Source of the DNA: Scyliorhinus canicula | Taxonomy: Eukaryota | DNA: 64,000 nucleotides | Assembly: GCF_902713615.1 (NCBI RefSeq) | Contig: NC_052163.1 | Location: 23,012,248 to 23,076,247 of the forward strand | Direction: 5' to 3' | Shown: positions 24,717 through 37,822 of the stretch, piece by piece | Layout: each line of letters starts with the position of its first letter | Position numbering within the stretch: the first letter of the stretch is position 1 | Notes under the pieces: model-generated | What the model was told of the DNA's origin: nothing | Seen by the model: the letters and a program-made list of their open reading frames with translations, nothing else | Databases searched by the model: none | Position numbers and translations under genes: made by a program

Positions 24717-27080
24717 GATGTTTGAAATCTAATTGTCAGGCAAACTGTAGTACATGTAGGGCCTTTGGTATTGTCAGTTGTAAGCAGAAGTTAAAATGTA
24801 AACAATACTAATGATTCCATTTTTTCTGTTCACTTTGTGCTAATGCATTTTCTGAAAGGGACAATTGTGTCTGCATTGGAAATACTTCCATTTAAAGAAT
24901 AAGAGACAATTTCATATTCAATTCATCATCTACTTATTATTGAGATTTAAAATGCAATTGTTTCCTTGCAAGAGATTTCTTCTTGCTCATATCTTATTGG
25001 TAGGATGCAACCAAAAAGCAAAGTAATGGAAATAATGACCTACCCTTCCCATTCATAAGTATGAAACGAAAAAGCCAAATTTGGTCTCCCACAGTTCTTT
25101 CCCTTAAATCACTTCTGAGGTAGGTTGCTCAGTCAGTCTAATCATAAATGAGTGTTTCACATCAGTGCTAAGCTACTACAAAGTTCCCCCTCTCTCATTT
25201 GAGAATGGTGTGCGGTATTGTAAATATTTAGCACTTGCAGGAAGAATTCTGGCTCACACCAGTGTGCTACAATACTGAGGCTGCAGAATTGTGAGCTAGA
25301 GTGGGGAGAAATCGACCACAACGCTGCACATTTTACTTGAATACTAGTAAGCAAAAAAGGTTGAAACCTTCGCCATCATAAAGTCAGTATCAGTTTGTTC
25401 AATGTTTAGCACTGAAACAACAAAATAAGCATAGCTGTAAATATGTTCACACTTATAATATGTCCACACTCAAACTATATTAAGTGAACCCCATTTATAC
25501 ATGCGGAGAGGCCAGTCAAGATATTGCCTGACCACGAAGGGGGCAATATATTCAGCAATGGGGCAATTTCATGGGAACCAAAAATGTCAAGCTGACACAG
25601 ATGGGACTGGCGACGGTACAACCCGGTCTGTGGATTTCCTGGCGGCATGGGGTGGCTTCAATGGGAATTCTAATTGACAGTGGCGGGAAGAGAGAATCCT
25701 GCCACTAGCGAATGGCACGCGCCACCTGCTGCCGCCAAGAAACGTGAGACGGGGGGGGGGGGGGGGGGGGATGCAGAGAATCCCACCCAACATGTTCTGA
25801 CAGAAAGCAGCAATGACCACAATGGGCAACTGAAACAGATTTTTAACCTTTAATATCAAATGCAAAAATATTAAACTCAAACTCAATGTCATATGAACTC
25901 TTTCTGAATAACTGATATCTGCAGAATAGAAAGTACTCGCCTGATAGACAATGTATAAGATTGCAAGAATCATGTTTGATCTTTTTCAAAATAAAATTGA
26001 ATCACTCATTTTCTTTATACATACAGGCCGAGAGTGGGTTCTCACTTTTTGCTCAGTCACATTGTGATGTCATTGAATGAGCCTAATCCCATGCACCCAA
26101 AGGTTGCTCCATGAAAATATTGGGGGCTTTGATTTCTTACTTAACTTTTGTTCCAGATCAAGACCCAAGGAAGCCATGGTCAAGTGTAATATCTAATCTC
26201 GGATTCTTTGGTATCATTTCTGGTGAAGCAGCTTTAAAGTTGTGGTCCTTGCTGCTCCAGACTACATGAGAATGTTCCCCAATAGGTGGTGACACAATAG
26301 TAGAGATAACAAATAACTGGAGGTTCCTGTTTCCACAGTCACTAAAAGCACATAATTTTTCTTAAGTTGAAGCTGTATTCTGGGTAAAATAATGACAGCA
26401 GACTTCCTTCTGTTGAACGAGATTTGAATTCTTTAAACCTTATTGGTTTACTCCCATCAAAGACGCTTGCACTGATTATTAAGAAATTTGTGGCAGAAGC
26501 TTTTTTATTGACATAAAAGAGGAGAAACGACATGCCAAAACTAAAGACCTATTCAAATTCCCAATAAATGGCATTCACAGCCATATAAGTGGCTGCTGGT
26601 CTCCATTTGAGGATTAGCAGGTTCATCACTTGAGAGAGAGAATCAGACTGAATGTGTGGTGTTAAATCTTACTTATTGTTCAACACCTCTTACACTCTAC
26701 TTTTGATAAAGCTTGTTTATAATCTGAATTGTATACTTACAGTACAAGATATTTCATATGACTTGTCTAAATATCGAAGTATTCAGGTGATATAATGTTA
26801 AGATTCGTGATGCAAGTCATTAGGATTGTACAAATACTACTAAGCAAGGATCTGAAGGATGTAACTAGTTTAGCTAAAGATACATCTTTGAACAAAACTG
26901 CAATTAACTTTTTAAGACTACAAATTGAAGAATCTACACTTTTTGAAATGAGAGTAGGTTCAAGCAAAATTTTGTTAAGCCAAAGCTTTGCTCACTAACT
27001 CGTATTTGTGCTTTCTAACGTTCAATTTGTCCAACCAGTAACAAAGTTGTTTAAAATTTGCTTCGTAACTATAATTTTTC

Positions 27081-27086
27081 AATAAA
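27081..27086 (+). promoter_or_regulatory. Candidate distal polyadenylation signal of SLC16A6
   Basis: AATAAA at the end of a long, mostly unique AT-rich tract, followed by GT/T-rich tgtgtatttttc. Other hexamers exist (e.g. 21411). Confidence 0.3.
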
Positions 27087-27293
27087 ACATATTTTAAAAG
27101 CCTGTGTATTTTTCAACTTTCAAGAGTTCAATGGTTCAATTAATTTTCTAAAGAAATAACGCATGTGACTGACTGCCTTCTGAGAAAAAGCAGTGTAATG
27201 TAAATGAAGCAGGTAAGTGATTTGTTGGGGAGTATTTTTCTCCTATTAGTAGTAGCAAGGTTTACTGGGTGTAACAACGTTTATTAGTACTCA

Positions 27294-27487
27294 TAGAACA
27301 TAGAACAGCACAGAACAGGCCCTTCGGCCCTCAATGTTGTGCCGAGCCATGATCACCCTACTCAAACCCACGTATCCACCCTATACCCGTAACCCAACAA
27401 CCCCCCCCCCCAACCTTACTTTTTCTAGGACACTACGGGCAATTTAGCATGGCCAATCCACCTAACCCGCACATCTTTTGACTGTGG
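27294..27487 (-). mobile_element. V-SINE tail type B, 5'-truncated
   Basis: catagaacatagaacagcacagaacaggcccttcggccctcaatgttgtgccgagc..cctaacccgcacatc. Confidence 0.85.
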
Positions 27488-27529
27488 AATATATAAAAAA
27501 AAATTTAAAAATCAACTCAAGGATGGCAG

Positions 27530-29365
27530 TACAAGTAATGTGTTGTGATTACAGACTGTGGGAGTTCGTGCACACCAGTGTGATCCACTGCAAACATTTC
27601 TGCAACTAAGTGCAGCTTGATGAACTTCGGCTCAGCGTTAATGAGTTGGAAGTCTGGGCTTCGAACACTGCAATGCATCAGGAAGTGGGAAAGTTACCTT
27701 GACACTTAGATTCAGATTGACAGTCACACCCCTTGAGCGAAGATCTGATTTGGTCAGGAACAGGAGGGTGAATGCAAATGAGGCAAGTAAAAGGGATCAA
27801 GAAGGTAGAGGTGGAGGAGCATCAACACTTACAAATGTACAACAGGTTTTGAGGTTCTTATAGCTTGTATGGATGAGACAGGAGGGCTGCTAGGTGGATG
27901 AGTGAACTGGCCGTAGCACTGTGCTACAGGAATCCATTCAAATGGGGAGAGTAAATAAGAATGTTGAGGTAGTAGAGGACAGTATAGTCAGTGGGATTGC
28001 CACAGTTCTCTGTAGTCGAGAGTGAGAGTATTGCATTCCTGGTGTGAGGATTTTGGACATCTGTTCAGGGCTGGAAAGTAATTTGCAGTCAGAGTGGAAG
28101 GATCCAGTTGCCATGGCCCATACATGATGTGGAGGTACTGATGTTGGACTGGGGTGGGCACAGTAAGAAGTCTTACAACACCTGGTGTTACCAGTGTGGG
28201 CAGGAAGGGATAGAACAAAGAACAATACAGCACAGGAACAGGCCCTTCGGCTCTTCAAGCCTATACCGGCCATGATATCACCTTTGCCAAAACCCTCAGC
28301 ATATCCTTGTGCCATATCCCTCTGTACCCATCCTATCCATGTGTTTCTCAAGATGCCTTTTGAATGCCGTTAATATATCTGCATCCATTACCTCCCCTGG
28401 CAAAGCGTTCCAGGCACTCACCACCCTCTGCGTAAAAAACCTGCATCTTATATATCCTCTAAACTTTCCCCACGGACCTTAAACCTATGCCCCCTGGTGT
28501 CTGACCCCTCCACCCTGGGCAAGAGTGCCTGCCCATCCACTCTATCCATGCCCCATATAATCTTGTAGAACTCGATCAGGTCATCCCTCAACCTCCGTTT
28601 TTCGAATGAAAACAGTCCGAGTCTATTCAGCCTCTCCACATCCTGGAACTTCCTCCCTAACAACAGTGAGTGTACCTACACCTCAAGGACTGCAGTGGTT
28701 CAAGAAGGCAACTCACCACCACCTTCTGAAGGGCAACTAGGGATGGGCAATAAATTCTGGCCTAACCAGCGAAGCCCACATTCCGTAAATGAATATAAAA
28801 TATAAGTGGTTGGTCATTTAGGAATGAGGCGAAAATAAATTTCTTCACTCGATGGGTTGGGTCTTTGGAATTGTCTACCAGAGTTGTGGATGGCCAATCA
28901 TTGAGTTTATTTAGTCAGAGGTTGATAGATTGTTGTATGCAAATGGAATCAAGGGATTTGAGGGAAGTGTAGAAAGATGTAATTGACTTAGACAATCAAC
29001 CATCAATGTAGAGCTCAAGAAGCCCAATGGCCTAATCCTATTTCTTATGTTCTTAGGGAAGCTCATCTCAGGGACGATTAGGATGGTAAGATTGAAAACA
29101 ATCTGCCACTTGAGACATTGTGTGGAGATGCCGGCGCTGGACTGGGGTGAGCACAGTAACAAGTCTTACAACCTCATCCTCAGATTCACCTAAGGAAGGA
29201 GCAGTGCTCCTTAAGCTAGTGTTTGAAACAAACCTGGTGTTGAAAGACTTCTTACTTGAGACATTGGCTAGGAGAGGGATAGTCAATTGGAAGGGTGCTC
29301 TATCCAAGGGCCGGAGCAGGCTCGATGGGCTGAATGGCCTCTTTCTGCACTATAGGGATTTTATG
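27530..29365. mobile_element. Cluster of CR1 fragments (ORF1 on +, 3' end on - at 28210-28640, 3' pieces on +) and a family-E LINE tail (28640-28800)
   Basis: ORF 28448..28663 (RLNRLGLFSFEKRRLRDDLIEFYKI..TRGHRFKV) is the CR1 C-terminus; ORF1-like VVEDSIV/LHSWC-type segments at ~27965-28130. Confidence 0.75.
29121..29256 (+). mobile_element. Short Penelope-related element with inverted ends and a decayed hammerhead motif
   Basis: agtaacaagtcttacaac...gttgaaagacttcttact inverted repeat and flanking direct repeat tgagacattg (29111-29120 / 29257-29266). A second partial copy lies at ~28128-28190. Confidence 0.6.
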
Positions 29366-32300
29366 AAAAAGGCTACAGAATTTGTGGCAGGATCCAAAGA
29401 AGGTGGCCGGAATTCTCCGACCACTGCAATTCACTTTTTGCGTTGGCAGCACAAACCCTGCCCGCGGAATTCCCAGCGGCGTGGGGTGGCTTCAATGGGA
29501 ACGTGACTGTTGGCGGACTTTCATCACATGGACTGTGGAATCTCGAGAATGTGGTTCATCACCACTGTCTCAAGGGTGACTATTGAGGTGAATCGGTGCT
29601 GGTTTTGCCAGAAATGCCCACATCAGGAGACTGAATTTAAAAAGAAATCCACAATAATATTGTAAAATGCATTAGCAACAGGAAATCAGGAAAATGCATA
29701 CATCTTCTAACTTATCAGTGTTAAAGGTATATTTTCTATGCCATTTTGAATAGAACACAGAATCTAAAACTCCATTTGGTGGAACAGTGTTTAAGTGAAA
29801 AGGAATGCGTGAGGTTAAACTATTTTTCACAAAACTGCCAGTTAAATTTTACATTAACATATACAACATTACTGTGTTCTCCATATAAATAAGACCTTTC
29901 AAACTACAAGTAACCTGGTCCAATAATATGTCCTACAAACTATTTTAAGCATTTACTTTTTAAACGTCTGCAAAAAAAAAGTACTTACTTGGAAAACAAA
30001 CATCTGCGCAGCTTAAATACACACAGCAAGAACAAGAAGTGTGATTGGCCAAATTTTAAATCTCATGTGATTGGGCAGTAGCTTGTCAAAGCTGTATATA
30101 ATTCTTTCAATTAAAAAGGTCATGTAATAAATAAAACTGGTAATTTAAATAAAATGTGGATTTTGTGTCAAACTTTTTGGTCAACTTGATCGTCACTTGA
30201 AGAACCTCACTGCTGCGTTCTGTCACATTCACTGCAGTGCCAATTAACTAAAATGACTTAAGTTACTAAATTCTGCTGCTCCAAAAACATATATTTGCCC
30301 AACTGTAAACTTTACCCCACCCGTTTAATTCTTGAGAGTTAGTGGTGCATAATTACTGAACTTTAAAGGTAATGAGGCAGAATTTAGAATATTCTTAGAT
30401 GTTGTGTGTTATAAAGCAGGGGGTTATGCTGGAACTGGTTAAAATGTTGTTTCGGCCACAGCTAGAGCATTGTGCGCAGCTCTGGAATCCACATTATAGG
30501 AGGGGTCTGATAGCACTTGAAACGGTGCAGATGAGATTTACCAGGATGTTGCCTGGGCTGGAGTCTTTCAGCTATGATGAGGGATTGGATAGACTGGGGT
30601 TGTTTTCCTTGGTGCAGAGGAGACTAATATATAACACACAGTATGCAAACAGGCCGTTTTGTCCAAGCCTGGCCTTTTTTGTTCCACTTGTGTCTTCCTT
30701 CACTCTTTATGTAACTTATCAGCATAGCACTCTATTCCCCCTCCCTCCTAATAAATAAGCCCTTATGCTTTTTTTACTTTTTAAATGGCAGTATTAACCT
30801 GCATTGCTACTTTTAATGACTGATATATTTGTATTCCCAAGATCCCCTTGTTCCTCTACCCCATTTGGATTCAAATTTTCCAAGTAATGTGACCTTATTA
30901 CTTCTCTTACCAAACTGTAATACCTCAGACCTATCCACATTGAAATTAATTTGCCAAATATATGCGCATTCTGCAAGTTTATTCATGCCTTATTGTAATC
31001 AGTTGCAGCCCATCTCAGTATTATCTATGCTCAATTTGGTGTAATCCTAAAAGTTTGAAATTGTGCTTTTGATGTCAAAGTCTACATAAGATGCATTGAG
31101 AACGATAGTGGTCCTGGCATGGTTCCTTGTGGAACCCCACCTCATCTTGTTTCTCTGAGTAACTACCCTTTACTCATTCTCCACTTTCTGCTTTCCAGAG
31201 TCAATAAGTCATACAGCACGTGAACAGGCCCTTTGGCCCACCATGTCTATGCAGACCATCAAATACCAATCTATACTAACCCCATGTACCAGCACTTGAT
31301 CCATTACCTACGATGCCTTGACGATTTAAGTGCTTGTCCAGATGCTTCTTAAATGCTGTGAGGGTTCCTGCCTCCACCATCCCCTCAGGCAGCACGTTCC
31401 ACATTTCCACCACACTCTGAGTGAAAAAATCTTTCCTCAGGTCCCCTCTAAGTAACATACTCCTCACCTTAAACCTGTGCCCTCTGGTCTTAGACACCTT
31501 TGCCATGGGGAAATTATTCTTATAATCTCCCCGATCTATGCCTCTCACAATCTGGTATATCTCAGATTCCTCTGCTGTAGGGAATACAAAGGCAGCCTGT
31601 CCAGTATTTCTTTATATAATTAATTTAATTTTTTTTAAAATCAGTTTCACAAGTAGGCTTACATTAACACTGCAATGAAGTTAATGTGAAAATTCCCTAG
31701 TCACCACAATATGACGCCTGTGCGGGTACACGGAGGGACAATTCAGAACGCCCAATTCACCTAACAAGCACGTCTTTGGGACCTGTGGGAGGAAACCCGA
31801 GGACCCGGAGGATAGCTGAAATTTTCCATCCCAAGCAACTTCCTGGTGAATCTCTTCTGCAATCATGTTCTTCTGATGGTGTGGTAACCAGAACTGCACA
31901 CAATATTCCATCTGTGGCCGAACCAATGTTTTACAAAGTTGTACCAAGACTTTCCTGCTCCTATATTCTTTCTCCGGGCTAATGAAGAAAAGCATTCCGT
32001 CTCTTCTTCTGTATAAGTACCCCGCGCTAACCAATTGTGCCACTGGAGCCACAGTACTGTATGCCTTCTTCACCACCTTATTTACCTGTACTGCCACCTT
32101 CAGGGATCTATGGACTTGTACACTAAAGCCCCTTTGTTCCTCAATTCTCCATCGGGACCTGCTGTTCATTGTGTATATTCTACCAGCATTAGACCTTCCA
32201 GAATGCATTACCTCACACTCATCAGAATTGAATTCAATTTGCCACTGCTGTGCCTAATTTACCAGTTGATCAATATCAGTCTGTATCCTCAGACTATCAT

Positions 32301-32985
32301 CCTCACCATCAACACCACCACCAATTTTCGTGTCATCTGCAAATTTACTAACTATGCCTTCTACATTCAAATTATTAATGTGCGTAAGAAACAGCAAGGG
32401 TCCCAGCACCAATCCATGTGGTACACCGCTGGTCACAGGCTTCCAGTCACAAAAGCAATCTTCCACCATCACCTTTTCCCTCCTATTAACAAGCCAATTT
32501 TTGATCCAATTTGCCTTCGATCCCATGGGCTCTGAACCTTTGAATCAGCCTTCCATGTGGAACCTCGTCACAGGCCTTACTGAAGTTCACGTAAACCAGA
32601 TCAACTGCGGTACCCGCATCAATATATTTAGCCAGCTCTTCAAAAAACTCAATTAAATCAGTTAGACGGGATCACTCACCAACAAATCCGTGCTGACTGT
32701 CCCTGATTAATCTATGTCTTTCCAAGTGTTGATTAATCCTGTCCCTCAGATTTTTTCCAATAATTTCCCTACCACTGACGTTAAGACTACCTGTAATTAC
32801 CTGGCTTATCCCTGCTGCCCTTCTTGAATAAAGGTACCACATTAGCTATCCTCCAATCATCTGGCACTTCATCTGTGACCAGAAAAGATTTTAATATCTC
32901 CGCCAGAGCTCCAGCAATCTCCCCCTTTGATCCCATAGCAGTCTGGGATATGTCATCGGGCCCTCGGGATTTATGCACCTTTATG

Positions 32986-33322
32986 CAGCACGGTAGCATG
33001 GTGGTTAGCATAAATGCTTCACAGCTCCAGGGTCCCAGGTTCGATTCCCAGCTGGGTCACTGTCTGTGTGGAGTCTGCACGTCCTCCCCGTGTGTGCGTG
33101 GGTTTCCTCCGGGTGCTCCGGTTTCCTCCCACAGTCCAAAGATGTGCTGGTTAGGTGGATTGGCCATGCTAAATTGCCCGTAGTGTCCTTAAAAGTAAGG
33201 TTGGGGGGGGGGGGGGTTGTTGGGTTACGGGTATAGGGTGGATACGTGGGTTTGAGTAGGGTGATCATTGCTCGGCACAACATCGAGGGCCGAAGGGCCT
33301 GTTCTGTGCTGTACTGTTTCTA
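32986..33322 (+). mobile_element. V-SINE tail type B (left arm of inverted pair)
   Basis: Head cagcacggtagcatggtggttagc, V-domain and tail gagggccgaagggcctgttctgtgctgtactg. Confidence 0.93.
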
Positions 33323-33325
33323 TAG

Positions 33326-33650
33326 ATAGAACAGTACAGCACAGAACAGGCCCTTCGGCCCTCAATGTTGTGCCGAGCAATGATCACCATACTTAAACCC
33401 ACGTAACCCGTATACCCGTAACCCAACAATCCCCCCATTAACCTTACACTACGGGCAATTTTAGCATGGCCAATCCACCTAACCCGCACATCTTTGGACT
33501 GTGGGAGGAAACCGGAGCACCCGGAGGAAACCCACGCACACGCGGGGAGGACGTGCAGACTCCACACAGACAGTGACCCAGCCGGGAATCGAACCTGGGA
33601 CCCTGGAGCTGTCAAGCATTGATGCTAACCACCATGCTACCGTGAGGCCC
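33326..33650 (-). mobile_element. V-SINE tail type B (right arm of inverted pair)
   Basis: Reverse complement of the same subfamily, abutting the left copy at the tail. Confidence 0.93.
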
Positions 33651-35382
33651 TATGTGAGGTTCTATGTTCATGCCAGCTAAAATACCTAATAACTCATTCT
33701 TATTAATCTTAACGTATTCTTGAACTTTACCCACCCAACTGAAATCTCCAGCTGCCATGTCTTTCCCCTTAGTGAATACAGATGAAAAATATTGATTTAA
33801 GACCTTTCCCACGCCCTTGGCTCCACATGCAGATTGTCCCTTTGGTCTCGAATGGGCCCGACTTTTTTCCTGGTCATCCTCCTGCTCTTAATATACTTAT
33901 AAAATGCCTATATTTTTTTACTTTTCCATTGGTTCTGCATGCTCTAATCTTATTTGTTAGTCTATTATGTGGTATAAAATAAAAGGCTTTTGGAAATCTA
34001 GATATATTACCTTCTCTTTTTATCAACTGCATTAACCTTATCTACTTTCTTTGTAACCTCTTCAAAGAATTCAATGAGGATGGTCAAGTAAGACTTTCCC
34101 TTTGGAAATCCATGCTGACTATTCACTGTTATATATTTGGTTCTTTTATTTTTTATTTTATTCCATTATTTTCCCTACCATCCACGTTAAGCCTGCTGGT
34201 CTATAATTGCTTGGACAGGTTTTATTTCCTTCTTTAAAAGACACAAAGAAAGCTGTTCAAAAGACTTTTAATGCAGTAGCAAATGCAGTGGAGTGACTTG
34301 CAAGGCCATCTCAATGCAAATACATTCTAACAGATGCGTTCAGGATTTCATTGCTGCTTAAATAATGTTCCAGGCTAAAAAAAAAACTACCAACCGAAAT
34401 AAAATTGCACTATTCACTTATTCTTGTCAGTTTCCCAAGTGGAAAGTAATGCAATTGCTGAACTGATGAACAATGTATTTGCAACATGTGTGAACACGAA
34501 TTTGACTAATATCTCTTAAATCCCCTGGGGCAGTTTGGAATGTGCCAGGCACACAAATGTTCAGGGCTATGGTGACCTTGGCAGTGCCTCCCTAGTGAAG
34601 TGGAGCAAACAAAGGTGGTTCTCCTCCAAAATTCTGAAGTGTGTTTCCAGCTAGATGTAGTTTCATTTGGGCAATATCTTTATCATGGAATGTATATTGA
34701 AAATACCAAGTGAATTGAGGCACCTCTAAATGCCATATACTGTAATGTGAAGTAAATTACTTGGTAATGTCCTATTTGAACAGTTATGGAATGCAACTTT
34801 ACATTTTTTTTAAAAACAAAGCATATTTGTGGGAGTAAAGTCTGGACATAATTTTGTGGGCCAGGATGGCTCTAGTATTCTGACCCTATCTTGTATCTCT
34901 CCATTCATTCTCTTCATTTCCCAAATAATAAAGAAGTAATCACCATCACAGTGCCAATTATCAAAATTTTAATTGTAGCAGCATAAAATGTTGCAAGCAA
35001 AGTGCGTAAAGAAACCTTGAAAAATATAAACAAAGATCAACTGTGAAAATACCAAGATAAATTTCACATTCAGATATATACTTTCAAAAACACACAAAAT
35101 TCCGGATCGCCTAATTGGCCATGAGTGAGCAGGCCAGAAACAACTGTGATCAGAGGAGGATGGTCGATTGCGAGTCGGGAGGAATACCCCCCTGCTCTTG
35201 CTGGCTCCACATTTAGAAGTAATTTACTTCACATTTGTTTGTGGACATTCTGTAGTGTTGGTTTTCCTGAATGCAGCGATGACACTGTCTTGGGGAAAAC
35301 CAACCTTGCAGCAAGAGCTGCAGTCATGCAAGAACAAAAAGTGCATCATTTTTGTTCATTTCATAGCTGATGAACATATATA

Positions 35383-36125
35383 TGTTAGGATCCCAACTGA
35401 GAATGCAACTATTTGCAATTTGTGAACCTGTGAGGAAATGTTGCTGCACCACAGGAATGATAACACTGACCGCAGGTATCTTTTATGTTAAAGTAAACAA
35501 ATTTAAACACAGAATTAACTACATCAGCAACAAAGAAATAGTTTACAGTAACAGCTACAACAATTCTCAAGTAAAAGAGAAAACCTTAACCTCCTAAACC
35601 TGCCACTATATTCCAATTAAGCAAACCAATATATTTCAAATACATCTCGTAAATAAAGTTAACAACCAAGCTTCTACTTGCTTTTCTCTGTGCAGAATAT
35701 TTGAAGATAGAACCTTTCAGGACCAAACTGAAACACAGCTGTTCAGACCAACTGACTTCTCAGACAGACTTGGATCCTCCCATTAACTACATGATTTATA
35801 TCCAAAGCATAAGACATTCTTTTGTCTCATCTTATAAGATGTCAGTTGACTTGTTTAGACAGGACCAAACACAATACCCCTCATAAATGTTCTAAATCCA
35901 GGGGTCCTTCAAACATCAACATTATTCCATTATCTAGCTATCTTTAAACAAGTAAATGGTTCTCAAAATCTATGAACAGAGCCCTTCATTTGCAAATCAA
36001 TGATTATCTCACTTTTACAACACCTTAATCACAGCTCCAGTTCTCACACTGTCTGTATGCATCTTAACCCAGGTTTTACTAACATTAAAAATAGAAAATA
36101 TGACAATTTCTTACATTCATTACAC
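35383..36125 (-). mobile_element. Possible solo LTR
   Basis: tgttagg... start and ...ttaca end, ~740 bp, LTR-like composition. No convincing TSD found. Confidence 0.35.
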
Positions 36126-36142
36126 ACACAACCAAAGAAAAA

Positions 36143-36850
36143 TTACAGCACAGGAGGCCATTCTGCCCATCCCGAGGACACCCAAGTGCCCTTTCTAATC
36201 CCATCTTCCAGCAGCTGGCCCATAGCCCTGCAGCTTGCATCATTTAAGCTGCAGATCCAGGTACTTATAAAAAGAGTTTAGGGTCTCTGCCTCCACCACC
36301 AATTCAGGCAGCAAATTCCAGACACCCACCACCCTCTGCGTATAAAGGTTCTTCCTCGTGTCCCTTCCCCTTCTGCCACTTGTCTTGAATCTATGTCCTG
36401 TGGTTCGAGAATTGTCCACCAAGGTAAATAATTTAATCCTGTTCACTCTATCTCTTCTCAATTTTGTATACGTCAATAAAGTCGCCCCTTAGCCACCTTT
36501 GTTCCAAGGAAAATAATCCGAACCTATCACATTATGCTTCTTAGCTACACGTTTCTTGCCCTGGCAACATTATTGTAAACCTCCTCTGCATTCTCTCCAG
36601 AGTAATTATATCCTTCCTGTAATGTGGTGACCAGAACTGCACACAATACTCCATTCACGTCCTCACGAGTGGTTTATAAAATTCCAACATTATATGCTTA
36701 CTTTTATATTCTATCTCTGCCAATGAAGAACATTCCAGATGCCTTCTTTACAACCGTGTCTACATGAACTGCTGCCTTTAGGGACCTGTGTACTTGTACA
36801 CCAGGACCTCTCACTTCATTTACCCCTCTTAATATATTCCCCTTTATTGT
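36143..36850 (-). mobile_element. CR1 3' fragment
   Basis: ORF 36240..36476 gives SRTTGHRFK..NLYTQRVVGVWNLLP; EYCVQFWSPH at ~36620-36650. Confidence 0.85.
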
Positions 36851-37510
36851 GGTCTCCATATATTTTATATACATATGGAAAGAGAAATGTTAATTCAGTG
36901 TCACTGCAACATTATGATGCAATGCATTGAATATATTTAAGCAGGAGGTTGTGAAATTTTTATCTTGATTTCCAATATCTGAATATGTAATTGTATTAAT
37001 ATTACACAACTTTGTAAATTCAAGAATTTCACAGTGGCTGAAACCAATAAAAGCATCTCTATTGCTGCTTTAACTGAGTTCCATTATGCAGCTCAAATTG
37101 AGGACAGAAGATATGAGCTTCCTGCTTAGGTTACCGCACAAGTTGCATTTACTGAATAAAGCCATTGACAGTTGGTACTGGGAACTTCGAAGCATGTTAT
37201 TTAATATATTTATTGGCTTTAATACATGTAGGGGAAGTATCTCCAGCTACCTTGCGCCCAACGCAATTCCCGCTATATTGAGAGAATTGCGGGTGAGCCC
37301 CGAAATGGGATTTGTGGCAAGCGTAAATTGGTTTCCCATTTTCCCTGCCCATTCCAGCTGATGTGATCAGGGTCAACAGGGTCTGACCCAGAAAGGGCGA
37401 GAACTTAATCACAATTGATTAGCGAGATTAAAGTTGAATGTAGCAGCCTCCCAGTATTTACCACCCCACCCCCCCTCCCCCAAATGGGAAGTACCCCAGG
37501 AATGAATTTG

Positions 37511-37822
37511 TGCGGCACGGTAACACAAGTGATTAGCACTGTGGCTTCACAGCCCCAGGGTCAATTCTCTGCTGGGTCACTGTCTGTACGGAATCTTCAC
37601 GTTCTCCCCGTGTCTGTGTGAGTTTCCTCCTGGTGCTCCGGTTTCCTCCTACAGTCCAAAGACTTGCTGGTTAGGTGGATTAGCCATGATAAATAGCCCT
37701 GCGTGACCAAAAAAGGTTAGATGGGGTAATTGTGTTGTGGGGATAAGATGGAAGTGAGGGCTTAAGTAGGTCGGAGCAGACTCGATGGGCCAAATGGCCT
37801 CCTTCTGCACTATATGTTCTAC
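37511..37822 (+). mobile_element. V-SINE tail type A
   Basis: Head, V-domain and tail match the copy at 3422-3740. Confidence 0.88.

Larger units (their letters stand above)
30640..34240 (-). mobile_element. CR1 LINE fragments (RT to 3' end), with nested SINEs
   Basis: ORFs give SGVPHGLVLGPLLF..INNL..SKFADDTKIGG, VPDDWRIANVVPLFKKG..PGNYR, LVRPQMEYCVQFW and TRGHRFKV..FFTQSVV. A + strand CR1 piece lies at ~30390-30630. Confidence 0.9.

Noticed and set aside
30040-30075. Paired ATTGG (CCAAT) boxes as an intergenic promoter
   Set aside because: Short motifs with no CpG island, TATA context or exon support.
35100-35300. Possible non-coding terminal exon of AMZ2 (minus-strand ttcag near 35267)
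   Set aside because: Weak polypyrimidine tract; not supportable without transcripts.
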